DNA of 64,000 nucleotides from an uncultured Rhizobium sp. Its GTDB lineage: Bacteria > Bacteroidota > Bacteroidia > NS11-12g > UBA955. This document shows positions 24,734 to 34,932 of the stretch, piece by piece (position 1 is the stretch's first letter; each line of letters starts with the position of its first letter). Under the pieces are notes generated by a model. That model saw only the letters and a program-made list of their open reading frames with translations. It made no database searches and was not told the DNA's origin. The DNA lies in NCBI GenBank assembly GCA_964527775.1, contig CAZGQS010000009.1:3416-67415 (forward strand). Reading direction: 5' to 3'. Both the position numbers and the translations under genes were made by a program.

Positions 24734-26344
24734 GTGCTGTCTCAAAAGCTAGATTATATCGCCCAATTACTCACCGAAGTCGGAATCACCCAATGGGTGG
24801 TATCTCCAGGTTCTAGAAATGCACCTATTGTAGCGGCACTTTTACGAAACGGACATAATCTTCACAGCCTCCCAGATGAGCGATCAGCGGCTTTTGCTGC
24901 CCTAGGCATGGCTCAAGCAAATCAATTCCCTGCGGCGTTTCTTTGCACATCGGGATCAGCCTTAGTCAACGCTTTCCCAGCGGTGGTTGAAGCGTATTAC
25001 CAACGCATACCCTTGCTGATTGTATCGGCTGACCGCCCCGAAGAACTCATTGACCAATGGGACGGCCAAACTTTGAGACAACCCGGTATTTTTGGAACCT
25101 ATTCCCGGCACGCACATCATTGCAATCCGAGAAAAACTGATTTTGCTCAACTTCAACAAGGACTCTACTCTTTATTTACGGAAGCATTCATTGACATTCC
25201 CGGTCCAATCCATTTAAATATAGCACTTTCGGAGCCCATATACGAAGGTATTTCAGAAAATGCCACTCATTTTGAGGTTCCTCCGTTTGTATTTAAAGCC
25301 ATCAAGCAACCCGAAGTCACCATAGACTCGGTCGCGCAACAGTTGAATGGGTTTTCAAAAATTGCCGTTTTGGTAGGACAAAATCCTCCATCAGATACTC
25401 TTTCTTCTGTTTTAGCTCAATTGGAAAATCACTTACCAGTTTTCACCGACGTTTGCAGTTCACAACAGCAATTCGGTTTAAAAGGTTGGGATTTCGCTCT
25501 ATTGAAAAGAGATATTCCTTCAGATTTATCCCCTGATTTATTGATCACCCTAGGAACGGTTACCCTGTCTAAACCCCTTAAAAACTTCCTCAAGAAACAC
25601 AAACCCAAGCACCTGCATCTCGGTTCTTACAGTGAAATTGGAGATCCCTTTGAAACGGCACCCAAATGGATACCTTGTTTTGAAGCAGATTATTTGCAAG
25701 GTGTTGTAGAATGCTTGAAGGAGCAGAATGCCCTTGATCAGCATTTCCTTACCTGTAAGAATTTTCTGGCTGACTGGAATCACTTTTTAGGAAATCAAAC
25801 CTTAAAACCCCAAGATTTATCAGAACCCTTCGCTTCAGAATTGGCTTGGATGAAGGCGTTGTTTCAGAAACTGAATGGAGATCATTTGGTGCATTTGGGT
25901 AATTCGATGTCGGTTCGCTACGGAAGTTGGTCCACTCCCACCCAAGCTCAGATTTATTCAAACCGCGGAGTCAGCGGCATTGATGGTTGTTTGAGCACCG
26001 CTGTGGGCTCAGCATGGGCAAATCTAGATAAAACCGTAATTGCCATTGTAGGTGATGTGACCGCCGTATATGATTCAAACGCCTTTTGGACCAACCTACC
26101 TCCAAATTTGAGAGTGGTCATATTCAACAATACCGGCGGAAGAATTTTTGATTGGATTGAAGGGCCTAACTCATATGAACCCTTACGAGAGTTCATTCAT
26201 ACGCCCAGAAAGTTCAACTTTAAGCATCTAGCTGCCCAATTTGAGGTTGAACATGCTTCTTACCGCATTTCGGAAATTGATAACAGCATTCAGGATTTAT
26301 TTTTTGCAAAAAATGCAAAACTTATTGAGCTTATTTCTCAATAA
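24734..26344 (+). CDS. menD: 2-succinyl-5-enolpyruvyl-6-hydroxy-3-cyclohexene-1-carboxylate synthase
   Basis: VVSPGSRNAPI, SADRPEELIDQWDGQTLRQPGIF and SNRGVSGIDGCLSTAVG match E. coli MenD PGSRSTPL, TADRPPELID...IRQPGMF and SNRGASGIDGLLSTAAG. Confidence 0.8.
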   Translation: MLSQKLDYIAQLLTEVGITQWVVSPGSRNAPIVAALLRNGHNLHSLPDERSAAFAALGMAQANQFPAAFLCTSGSALVNAFPAVVEAYYQRIPLLIVSADRPEELIDQWDGQTLRQPGIFGTYSRHAHHCNPRKTDFAQLQQGLYSLFTEAFIDIPGPIHLNIALSEPIYEGISENATHFEVPPFVFKAIKQPEVTIDSVAQQLNGFSKIAVLVGQNPPSDTLSSVLAQLENHLPVFTDVCSSQQQFGLKGWDFALLKRDIPSDLSPDLLITLGTVTLSKPLKNFLKKHKPKHLHLGSYSEIGDPFETAPKWIPCFEADYLQGVVECLKEQNALDQHFLTCKNFLADWNHFLGNQTLKPQDLSEPFASELAWMKALFQKLNGDHLVHLGNSMSVRYGSWSTPTQAQIYSNRGVSGIDGCLSTAVGSAWANLDKTVIAIVGDVTAVYDSNAFWTNLPPNLRVVIFNNTGGRIFDWIEGPNSYEPLREFIHTPRKFNFKHLAAQFEVEHASYRISEIDNSIQDLFFAKNAKLIELISQ

Positions 26345-26793
26345 CGCGTGCGATCTAAGTCGCGTTGGATGTCTTTTTCTTTAAGGTCTTCGCGCTTATC
26401 GAAGGTTTTCTTACCTTGACCAAGACCAATTTCTAGCTTGAAAAATCCGCGATCGCTTTCAAACAACCTTACTGGAAAAACGGCATAGCCTTTTGATTTG
26501 ATGCGCGCTTCAATTTTGGCTAATTCGCGTTTATTGAGAAGGAGTTTCCGATCTCGCATGGGTTCATGGGCATCATAACTGGCCTGCTTCCATTCCGATA
26601 TATGCACATTTCTCAAGAAAAGCTCTCCATTTTCCATATAGCAATACCCATCACCCATATTCACGGAATTGCTTCTGATGGACTTTACCTCAGAACCTCT
26701 CAATTCCATACCGGTTTCAAATCGTTCTTCAATGTGATAATTGAACGACGCTTTTCGGTTGTGGATTTCTATTTTCTTGATTCCTTTACTCAC
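26338..26793 (-). CDS. smpB: SsrA-binding protein
   Basis: IHNRKASFNYHIEERFETGMELRGSEVKSIR; 151 aa. Confidence 0.9.
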   Translation of the reverse strand: MSKGIKKIEIHNRKASFNYHIEERFETGMELRGSEVKSIRSNSVNMGDGYCYMENGELFLRNVHISEWKQASYDAHEPMRDRKLLLNKRELAKIEARIKSKGYAVFPVRLFESDRGFFKLEIGLGQGKKTFDKREDLKEKDIQRDLDRTRY

Positions 26794-27185
26794 TTTGATA
26801 TTTGATCAATGATGCGTTGTACTTTTTCCTTCAAGAGGATTTTTTGGCCTTGTTGTCCTTCAGCCACCAGCCTATCCCCTACATAAACCCAGAAATCACA
26901 ATCAATGCTGTTGCCCTCTAGTCGAGAGATTTCAGCTTTTATCGTTACGGTTTCACCGAGCAAAGCGGGCGAGGCATGTTTGATGTTCAGAAAAGTTCCT
27001 ATGCCTTCTTCGTGATCTTCTTTCATGTTGAGTACGAATTGTCGGCAGGTCCACTCAGCGTCACGTCCCAAAGAAAACGTTGAATAAAAAGGATGTACCC
27101 TTTCACCGTTGAAAGCGGCCAAATCGTTTTCTGTAACTAAAAACGACAATTGAGTTTGGTCGCCAACTTGGTGAATCGGTTTCAT
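26790..27185 (-). CDS. Hotdog-fold thioesterase family protein
   Basis: The size (131 aa) and sequence pattern are consistent with PaaI/YbgC-type thioesterases. The call is weakly supported. Confidence 0.45.
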   Translation of the reverse strand: MKPIHQVGDQTQLSFLVTENDLAAFNGERVHPFYSTFSLGRDAEWTCRQFVLNMKEDHEEGIGTFLNIKHASPALLGETVTIKAEISRLEGNSIDCDFWVYVGDRLVAEGQQGQKILLKEKVQRIIDQISK

Positions 27186-27520
27186 TAAAGTTCTTCTAAA
27201 AGCTCTTTGGGCGAAATTTCCATGTGCGAAGCATCATAGGTGCACTCGCCATTTTTCACTACAATAATTTGGGGTGATTCGTGATAAACATGGAGTTTTT
27301 CAGCGATATAATTTGACACAGGCCTATGAGCAATGAGATCTAGATAATAGAAATCTGCCTTTTCCAAGGCACTTTGGTCTAAATTTTTCAACCGGTTCAT
27401 GGCCATGGTAGATATAGAACAACGGGTAGAATGTTTAAAAAAAACGACCGGTTTCTGGGCCGAGTTTTGAACGGCTTGATCTACTTGTTCAGTACTCAAT
27501 AAATCGTGCCAACCCTGCAT
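27185..27520 (-). CDS. ytxJ: Bacillithiol-system thioredoxin-like protein YtxJ-like
   Basis: VVFFKHSTRCSIS matches the YtxJ FKHSTRCPIS motif. The start is chosen at MQGWHD; the ORF extends to 27616. Confidence 0.55.
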   Translation of the reverse strand: MQGWHDLLSTEQVDQAVQNSAQKPVVFFKHSTRCSISTMAMNRLKNLDQSALEKADFYYLDLIAHRPVSNYIAEKLHVYHESPQIIVVKNGECTYDASHMEISPKELLEEL

Positions 27521-27774
27521 TCTATTAGCGGTTGATGGTGGTTCTCTCACCCATGCTTGGGCATTTGTCTTTTTTGCGAACGCCACATGCAGTGAACAGA
27601 GTTGCAGCGATACCAATAATTGCGATTAATTTTGCAGTCTTCATGATTTCCGATTTAATATGCAAATTAAACGCTTTTGAGGGCATTTCTCTTGCTTTGT
27701 CCGCTATTAATTCGGAAAAATCGTTGCAGAAAACACCATCACTCGGCGAACTGCAGAAAAAGTTCGGTGAATTC

Positions 27775-28875
27775 ATGCCCCTAGCCTTAGAACAGTTCAA
27801 GCTTAAAGATAAGGCTGTCAAGAAATTACCTACTTTTGTTTCCGGGGGATGTTTATTCGAACAACGAAGTCTTGAGCAATCAACCTCAGAAGCTGTAGCC
27901 CGTTGGAAATCGGCTTACTTTTCAGCAAAAATGGTGCTCAGCCTTACCGGCGGACTTGGAATAGACGATTGGGCTTGGCTTAAAACCGGAAGTACGGTCA
28001 TCAGTTTAGACCCGAATGAGGCGCTAAATCAATTGGTCAACTTCAATTTTAGCAGATTAAATTCACATTTGGGTTACACCAGGCTGACGGTTACCGCCGA
28101 AGAATATTTAGCGGCCCATAACATAGATCAGATTACTGATTTAATATATATAGACCCTGACCGAAGACAAGAAAATGAGCGATTGGGAGGCAATTTTTCT
28201 GTTTTCCAACCCAATATTGTGGAGTTGATAGAAAAATATGGCACCCAAGATATTCCTTGGCTGATCAAATTGAGTCCTGCTACAGATTTCAGAGAAATTA
28301 GAAAATGGCTTCCTGGCAAATTGCACTTTTACAGTGTTATGCACAAATCGGAAGTGAAGGAATTATTGGTGGTGGTTCATCCCCAGAAAGCTAAAAACAT
28401 CCTCCGCAGCGCGGTATTCATTAAAGAAAACGGAGAAGCTGATATCTTCAACGAAGACGATGATTTGAAACCATTAGAAAGTGCGAGAGATGGCGAAAAT
28501 TACATTTTTGAACCACACGGACATTTGAACGTGTTGGGGTTGAATGAGAAGTTCAAAGGGCTCGCTGATTTGGTATCGGTTACAACTCAAAATACCTTGT
28601 TTGTGGGACCCATGGCATTTCCGAATCATTTAGGACGGACATTAAGGGTAGATTTTGAGTTTGCCGGCAGTTTGAAAGAACTCAAACGAATGTTGAAAGA
28701 TCAAAACATTGTTCAGGGGACTGTCACACCCAGGGATTGTGGGGGCATGAAAGGCCAAGAAATCTTGAAATTTTTGGGAATAAAAGACGGCGGGAATCAG
28801 GTTGTTTTCATCACCAAAAGAGGATCAGAATTCAGGGCCTGGATAGGTATTTACTTGTTTACTCTAGACAGATAA
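27775..28875 (+). CDS. Conserved hypothetical protein
   Basis: Long ORF with the start placed at MPLALEQ to avoid the antisense overlap with ytxJ. It contains an LIYIDPDRRQENERLGGNF segment (methyltransferase-like?). The function is unresolved. Confidence 0.4.
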   Translation: MPLALEQFKLKDKAVKKLPTFVSGGCLFEQRSLEQSTSEAVARWKSAYFSAKMVLSLTGGLGIDDWAWLKTGSTVISLDPNEALNQLVNFNFSRLNSHLGYTRLTVTAEEYLAAHNIDQITDLIYIDPDRRQENERLGGNFSVFQPNIVELIEKYGTQDIPWLIKLSPATDFREIRKWLPGKLHFYSVMHKSEVKELLVVVHPQKAKNILRSAVFIKENGEADIFNEDDDLKPLESARDGENYIFEPHGHLNVLGLNEKFKGLADLVSVTTQNTLFVGPMAFPNHLGRTLRVDFEFAGSLKELKRMLKDQNIVQGTVTPRDCGGMKGQEILKFLGIKDGGNQVVFITKRGSEFRAWIGIYLFTLDR

Positions 28876-29612
28876 TCTTCTAAGGCAGCCACCATACTTG
28901 GAATGTTCACCGCAGGTGCAGGAATATCCAAAATCAGATTGTGTTCTTCAATGGCCTGCTGGGTAGAACTTCCGAATCCGGCGATTCTGGTTTTATTCTG
29001 AACAAAACCGGGGAAGTTATCGTACAAAGATTTGATATCGGCGGGTGAAAAGAATACAATCACATCGTAGAAAACGTTCTCAAGGTCGCTCAAATCTGAG
29101 GAAACGGTGCGATAGATGATGACTTCGGTGAAGTCAAATTCATTTTGAGTAAAGTAATCAGGGATGCTTGGTTTGCGAATATCGCTGCAGGGGAACAAGA
29201 ATTTCTCTTTCTTGTGGGTTTTGAAGAGGGTCAAGAAATCTTTTTCGTTTCCTTTGGATGTAAACATTTTACGTTTACGAGGAACGATGTATTTCTGAAC
29301 GTAATTGGAAACATTCTCATTGATTGAAAAATACTTCATCTCAGGAGAAATTTCGACCTTCATTTCTTGGGCCAAAGAAAAGAAATAATCTACGGCATTT
29401 TTGGAATTAAAGATTACTGCAGTAAAATCAGCAAAATTGACTTTTTGCTTTCTAATTTCTTTGGGAGTTAATGGTTCAATGTGAATAAACGCCCTGAAAT
29501 CAATGGTGATTTTGTACTTTTTTGCAAACTCTTCATACACGTTTCTGCCCGGTTCTGGCGGGGGTTGCGTGATCAGAATGGATTTGACTTTGGTTTCTCT
29601 TTCCGGGTACAT
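28851..29612 (-). CDS. hemD: Uroporphyrinogen-III synthase-like protein
   Basis: The size (253 aa) and the N-terminal ILITQP...FIHIEPL pattern fit HemD. It is adjacent to hemW. Confidence 0.5.
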   Translation of the reverse strand: MYPERETKVKSILITQPPPEPGRNVYEEFAKKYKITIDFRAFIHIEPLTPKEIRKQKVNFADFTAVIFNSKNAVDYFFSLAQEMKVEISPEMKYFSINENVSNYVQKYIVPRKRKMFTSKGNEKDFLTLFKTHKKEKFLFPCSDIRKPSIPDYFTQNEFDFTEVIIYRTVSSDLSDLENVFYDVIVFFSPADIKSLYDNFPGFVQNKTRIAGFGSSTQQAIEEHNLILDIPAPAVNIPSMVAALEDYLSRVNK

Positions 29613-29615
29613 GAA

Positions 29616-30557
29616 TTATGATATGTTTATTCCTAAAAACTTTAGCAAAAGCAAATAAGGGATAATTTCCAAGGTGCAAAGGTACAAAATTGAAGTGAAA
29701 TTTAATGTGTTATCTTTTATTAATCCGTAAACTTGGTACAATAAACGAATTGATATCCAAATAATTAAAGACGAATAAATGATTTTCAACCACAAAGAAT
29801 TGTTGGAGTAGTCAGCATTGTAATAACTTAGAAGAAATACCGGCATGCAAATTAGGCCGAACAACAGATTGACATTTATTTGCCTTTGAAATTGACGCAA
29901 CAACACCCCTCCCATATCCATGCTTTGTGTAAAAATGTATTGAGCAAAGAGCAACAATCCATTAAAAATACCGGTCACAATAATTGCTAAAATAAAAGTA
30001 TAAATGCTGTTCAATCGGTTGTAATCAGCGGCCACAAGGTAAAGGAGAATTCCCTGACAGAAGACCAACAATCCCAAGTTAAAAGCATGCACACTGCCGG
30101 CGGCAGAGCTTATGGCTTGTTCACGCATCAAGTCTTCGAAATAATATTGTTTGGTAAAACTGCTCATTCTGAGCTGAAATTGCTTGGCGAAAGCCGCTCT
30201 AAAATAGAGGTAATACAATATGATGAAAATACTGACCGCAAAAAACCAAAACTTCACTCTCGAAATTCTCAAATACGTTTCATGAATAAAAGGCGAGTAA
30301 GGCTCGTAAACTCGATCAACCTTAACCGAAGGTGTTTGCCAATTGAGGGCACTTTTGAATCTCCCTGAACCAGAATCCTTCGACACAGAATCCCAAAACC
30401 TAAATCCCGCTCTACTATATTTAATAACATTGCTATCAAGCAATTGCAAGGAATCTGGCTCCATTTCTACAGGAAGCGTCTGAGCCATCAATCTGTTAGA
30501 TTGGGCTGTTAACATCCAAAGAAACCAAAAAAATAGCCACTTAACCTTAGAGCTCAT
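29616..30557 (-). CDS. Polytopic membrane protein (DUF4271-like; commonly adjacent to hemD in Bacteroidota)
   Basis: Signal/TM at MSSKVKWLFFWFLWMLTAQS plus multiple hydrophobic helices. The ORF extends to 30605. Confidence 0.4.
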   Translation of the reverse strand: MSSKVKWLFFWFLWMLTAQSNRLMAQTLPVEMEPDSLQLLDSNVIKYSRAGFRFWDSVSKDSGSGRFKSALNWQTPSVKVDRVYEPYSPFIHETYLRISRVKFWFFAVSIFIILYYLYFRAAFAKQFQLRMSSFTKQYYFEDLMREQAISSAAGSVHAFNLGLLVFCQGILLYLVAADYNRLNSIYTFILAIIVTGIFNGLLLFAQYIFTQSMDMGGVLLRQFQRQINVNLLFGLICMPVFLLSYYNADYSNNSLWLKIIYSSLIIWISIRLLYQVYGLIKDNTLNFTSILYLCTLEIIPYLLLLKFLGINIS

Positions 30558-30594
30558 AAAAGTCAGATTGGCAAAAATACAATAACTTCGCACT

Positions 30595-31719
30595 ATGTCG
30601 GGCATCTATTTGCACATTCCCTTTTGCAGAAAAGCGTGCCACTATTGCAACTTCCATTTCAGCACATCGCTAAAGCTAAAGAATGAATTTCTTGAAGCGC
30701 TCCTGCTAGAAATTGACCGCAAAAAGAATCAACAACTGACTCTTGAAACCATCTATTTTGGTGGTGGCACTCCATCCCTGCTTGAAAAAGATGAGTTGCG
30801 CCAAATTTTGGATGCACTGAATTCGTCGTTTAATCTTTCCCAAATCCAAGAAATAACCTTAGAATGTAACCCCGAAGACATCACTTCAAAACAACTGGAA
30901 TCTTGGCTGGAACTGGGTATAAATAGACTGAGTATTGGGGTTCAATCGCTCAACGATACTGAGTTGCAGTTGATGAACCGAAATCACCAGGCTGAGCAAT
31001 CCAAAAAATCGGTTCAACTCGCAGTAGAAACCGGATTTCAAAACTTGACCATTGATTTGATCTATGGAACGCCTTGGAAATCCCTTCAGGAGTGGGAAAA
31101 CGAACTTCGATGGGCGCTCAACTCCGGTATAACCCACATATCTGCCTATGCGTTAACGGTAGAACCCAAAACCGCATTGGCGCATCAGGTTAAAAAAGGT
31201 CAAGTTCAAGAACCCGCAGACGAGCGAATGACCGAAGATTTCATGCTTTTACAAAAATTGATGCTTGATTTTGGATGGGACGCCTATGAAATCAGCAATT
31301 ATTGCAAATCAGGACACAGATCAAAACACAATTCCAATTATTGGAAAGGTTCGGCTTATTTGGGACTTGGGCCTTCAGCTCATTCTTTTGATGGTTCGCT
31401 AACCAGAAGTTGGAATATCAGCAATAACGCTCTTTACATTGAAGGAGAAAAAAAGGGAAACCCTGCTGTAGAATTTGAGAATTTAACTTCCATGGATCGT
31501 TGCAATGAACTCATTATGACTAAATTAAGAACCAGAGAAGGTTTTCAAATCAGCGAATTAGGTGAATGGTCAGAAAGATTTAAATCCAACAATTTCATTT
31601 TTTTAAAAAACGCATACCAAAACGGTTGGATTGCAGAATTTGAAAATTCTATATCGCTCACAAATGATGGAAAACTTATATCTGATTATATAATTTCAGA
31701 ACTCATGTTAATTGATTGA
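30595..31719 (+). CDS. hemW: Radical SAM heme chaperone HemW (coproporphyrinogen-III oxidase-like)
   Basis: The radical SAM cluster motif GIYLHIPFCRKACHYCNFH is followed by the GGGTPS motif. Confidence 0.85.
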   Translation: MSGIYLHIPFCRKACHYCNFHFSTSLKLKNEFLEALLLEIDRKKNQQLTLETIYFGGGTPSLLEKDELRQILDALNSSFNLSQIQEITLECNPEDITSKQLESWLELGINRLSIGVQSLNDTELQLMNRNHQAEQSKKSVQLAVETGFQNLTIDLIYGTPWKSLQEWENELRWALNSGITHISAYALTVEPKTALAHQVKKGQVQEPADERMTEDFMLLQKLMLDFGWDAYEISNYCKSGHRSKHNSNYWKGSAYLGLGPSAHSFDGSLTRSWNISNNALYIEGEKKGNPAVEFENLTSMDRCNELIMTKLRTREGFQISELGEWSERFKSNNFIFLKNAYQNGWIAEFENSISLTNDGKLISDYIISELMLID

Positions 31720-31806
31720 TTTTTTTACACTTCCAATACAACGAGTTTGACCTTTCACACGTCATATATCATATTTTTGTATAACAAATAAACTAAACAC
31801 AAAACC

Positions 31807-33987
31807 ATGAAATCACTGCTACGCATTTTGGCACTGTCCTTATTATTGTTATTTGTAGGAACTTCTTCGGCTCAGTCCAAGGTTGGTTTTTCAACCCAAG
31901 CTCAGTGTTTAACCGTTTACGCAAGTCCCTATTATTATGACAGCTGCGAGAGCATTTCATGGTCAGTGAGCAATACCGTTATTGGAAAAACCAGTAGTTT
32001 AAAATACACCTTCTCTGCAGCTGGCACTTATACCTTGTGCATGAAAATAGTGAACAATTGTAAAAGATGGGACACTACCATTTGCCAACAAATTAAAGTA
32101 GCTGCTTGTCCGTGCGATACCACCAAAGTTGCAATGTCAATTGTGAAGGATACCGCCACTTGTGGCAAATACAAATTCAATGTAACGCCAAAAAACAGTG
32201 CAAATTCTAACATTAAATATACCTACAGCTGGGATTTTGGAAACAGCTCAACCTCTTCCAATGCAGATCCAACCCAAACCTATACAAAAGACGGTTCTTA
32301 CAAAACATGTGTTACGGTAAAATGGACCTTGAACAGCACAACATCTTGTAGTAAAACAGTTTGCGAAACCATCACCGTTAAATGTTCAACTCAAACCAAG
32401 AAGTGCGATTGGAGTAAAACAAAAATTAGCATCACCAACAAATGCAATGCCTTCAAATTTGAGGCGGGTCCTGCAGATTCTTGCATTTCATACTATTGGG
32501 TGCTTGATTCCACAAAGTATAAGGGCAATATCATTGATCATAAATTCAGTACCAAAGACTCTCACAATTATTGCTTGATAGCGTATAATTCTTGTCTACA
32601 GTGTGACACAACCATTTGCGGAGTTGTCTACAATGATTGTCTTCCAAAGTCTTGTAATTGGTCAAATTACCAACTCAACACCAGTTACGCCAATGTAAAA
32701 GATTCATGTGGTAAAATTGTGATGGAAGCTACAGCCATCAAAGACACCTGCATCAGAATTGATTTTTACTGGGGGAATACCCTCATTGAAAATAAGCGAG
32801 GTTGGTCAACCCGAGTTACTAAAAATGGTTATTATCCGTTCGGATTTAGATATGTGAATAAATGCACCGGTTGTGACACCACCATATGGAAGTATGCCGT
32901 TGTTGACTGTCTATCAAAACCCAAATGCACTTGGCCAACCAACATGGGCTTCAAAGTAGTTATGACTACTTGTCCGAAGTTAAAAATTGGCATCAATGAG
33001 TTTGACGACTCTTGCTACCAAATTACGGCAGTAGTTAACAACACCACCATTAAACCATTGGCCAATAATTCAAGATATTATGAATACACCATGACTCAAA
33101 ATGGCAAGTATTCCATTTGTTTAAACTTCAAGAATTTGTGCACAGGATGTGACACCACCATTTGCACTACATGGTCAACAGATTGCATCAAAACCACCAA
33201 ATGTGATTGGAGTAAATTCAATTTTTCTTACGGAAACAAATGCAAAACCTACAGTTTTGAATCAACCCTTCCCAATGATTCTTGTGTAGTTCAAAAGATG
33301 AAAATTGTGAGTGGCAACACGGTCATTTACTATGAAACAGGGTCTAATCATACTTATACTTTCAAAGAAAACGGTTATTACAATGTTTGCTTCTGGGCGA
33401 AAAATGAGTGTTTGAATTGCGATACTTGGATTTGCAAAACCGTTTATGTGAATTGTAAAGACACTACACCGGTTAATAAGTGCAGTCTACAAGGCAAAGA
33501 TTTTGGCGTGGGAACATCAGCAAAAGACTCTTGCGTTAAGATTTTCGAAGCCCCATATTTTGCTAATGGTTGTGTAAAATACAAGTGGTATATAGAAGGG
33601 TCTACCACTGTTAAGACATCAAGAACCGTTGATTTTAAATTCCCAGCTTGGGGTGCATACATGGTGAAATTGGTCATGACCGACACTTGCAATAAGTGTG
33701 ATACTGCCATCACAAAAGTAGTTGGTGTTTATTGCGGAAAAGCTTCCACTCAAGGTTTTGAATCTAAACTGTGGCAGCCACAACCCAATCCAGCGTTTGA
33801 TAACATCACTTTCAATAACAGCGAGGCCTTAAATATTGAATTGATCAATTCATTGGGACAAACCATATTGACCAAGAAAATTCAGGCGGAAGAGACTTTG
33901 TATGTAGGTGATATTGCAACCGGTACCTATTACATCAGATTGACAGGTACTGTCAAAAACGCTTCCTATGTACTAATAAAACAATAA
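31807..33987 (+). CDS. Secreted cysteine-rich repeat protein with a T9SS C-terminal sorting domain
   Basis: It has a signal peptide, about 7 tandem modules of roughly 85 aa each carrying C..CDTTIC, and a C-terminal ...TGTYYIRLTGTVKNASYVLIKQ typical of Por secretion-system CTDs. Confidence 0.7.
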   Translation: MKSLLRILALSLLLLFVGTSSAQSKVGFSTQAQCLTVYASPYYYDSCESISWSVSNTVIGKTSSLKYTFSAAGTYTLCMKIVNNCKRWDTTICQQIKVAACPCDTTKVAMSIVKDTATCGKYKFNVTPKNSANSNIKYTYSWDFGNSSTSSNADPTQTYTKDGSYKTCVTVKWTLNSTTSCSKTVCETITVKCSTQTKKCDWSKTKISITNKCNAFKFEAGPADSCISYYWVLDSTKYKGNIIDHKFSTKDSHNYCLIAYNSCLQCDTTICGVVYNDCLPKSCNWSNYQLNTSYANVKDSCGKIVMEATAIKDTCIRIDFYWGNTLIENKRGWSTRVTKNGYYPFGFRYVNKCTGCDTTIWKYAVVDCLSKPKCTWPTNMGFKVVMTTCPKLKIGINEFDDSCYQITAVVNNTTIKPLANNSRYYEYTMTQNGKYSICLNFKNLCTGCDTTICTTWSTDCIKTTKCDWSKFNFSYGNKCKTYSFESTLPNDSCVVQKMKIVSGNTVIYYETGSNHTYTFKENGYYNVCFWAKNECLNCDTWICKTVYVNCKDTTPVNKCSLQGKDFGVGTSAKDSCVKIFEAPYFANGCVKYKWYIEGSTTVKTSRTVDFKFPAWGAYMVKLVMTDTCNKCDTAITKVVGVYCGKASTQGFESKLWQPQPNPAFDNITFNNSEALNIELINSLGQTILTKKIQAEETLYVGDIATGTYYIRLTGTVKNASYVLIKQ

Positions 33988-34062
33988 GTTAGCATTCATG
34001 ACTAAGGTCATAGATTCTGCTCACTTTTGTTTGTAACTTTGCATCATTAGAATTAGTCAGTT

Positions 34063-34932
34063 ATGTCTAGACAAACCAACAACAATATTTTGGTGCCTAC
34101 CGATTTTTCGGATGTGGCCGAATGCGCTGTAAAGCATGCAATCAATGTAGCTAAAGCCTACAAGAATGAAATCACTTTGATGTATGTCATAGAAGAAGGA
34201 CTTTTAGGCAGCATTTTTTCAAAATCTCAATCTGATTTATTGAAAGATGCTATGCAAACCAAGCTTCAAGTTCGTGCTGAAGCCATTGCTAAAGAAACCG
34301 GTATAAAGGTTGCTACTAGAATTGGATCTGGTAAAGTGTATAAAGTGGTTGCAGAAACTGCAAACATTGAAAAATATGACTCTATCATCATGGGAAGTCA
34401 TGGTGCTAGCGGATTGGAGCGTATTGTGGGATCCAATGCCTCAAGAACCATTCAGTATGCCGAAGTGCCTGTAGTAGTGGTTAAAAATTCTACCGTTTCT
34501 TCTGATGGATACAAGAAAATTGTGATGCCCTTTGATTTGACCGTAGAATCAAGACAAAAATTAGATTGGGGTATTAACATCGCTCAGAAATTCAATTCTG
34601 AAATTCACATTGTATATACTCGTCCAGATGACGAATACCTGAGCAACAGAATGTTGGCAAACATCAAATTGGTTGAATCTGCATTGAATACCCACAAGGT
34701 GAAATACAAGCTTTATGAGTTCAAAGATTCTTTGCTTGATAACTTCGCTACAGAAGTACACAATTACGCAAACATCACCGATGCTGACTTAATTGTTGCC
34801 ATGACACACATGGAAAAAGGAATCAGTGAATTGATCATTGGTACCATGACCCAACAATTGGTAAATAGAGCCGGTAAGGTGGCTGTAATGTGTATCCACC
34901 CTACCGAAACTGGATTCAGCTACGACTATTAA
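34063..34932 (+). CDS. Universal stress protein (tandem UspA domains)
   Basis: ILVPTDFSDVAECAVKHA and a second repeat, KIVMPFDLTVESRQKLDW; 289 aa. Confidence 0.75.
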   Translation: MSRQTNNNILVPTDFSDVAECAVKHAINVAKAYKNEITLMYVIEEGLLGSIFSKSQSDLLKDAMQTKLQVRAEAIAKETGIKVATRIGSGKVYKVVAETANIEKYDSIIMGSHGASGLERIVGSNASRTIQYAEVPVVVVKNSTVSSDGYKKIVMPFDLTVESRQKLDWGINIAQKFNSEIHIVYTRPDDEYLSNRMLANIKLVESALNTHKVKYKLYEFKDSLLDNFATEVHNYANITDADLIVAMTHMEKGISELIIGTMTQQLVNRAGKVAVMCIHPTETGFSYDY

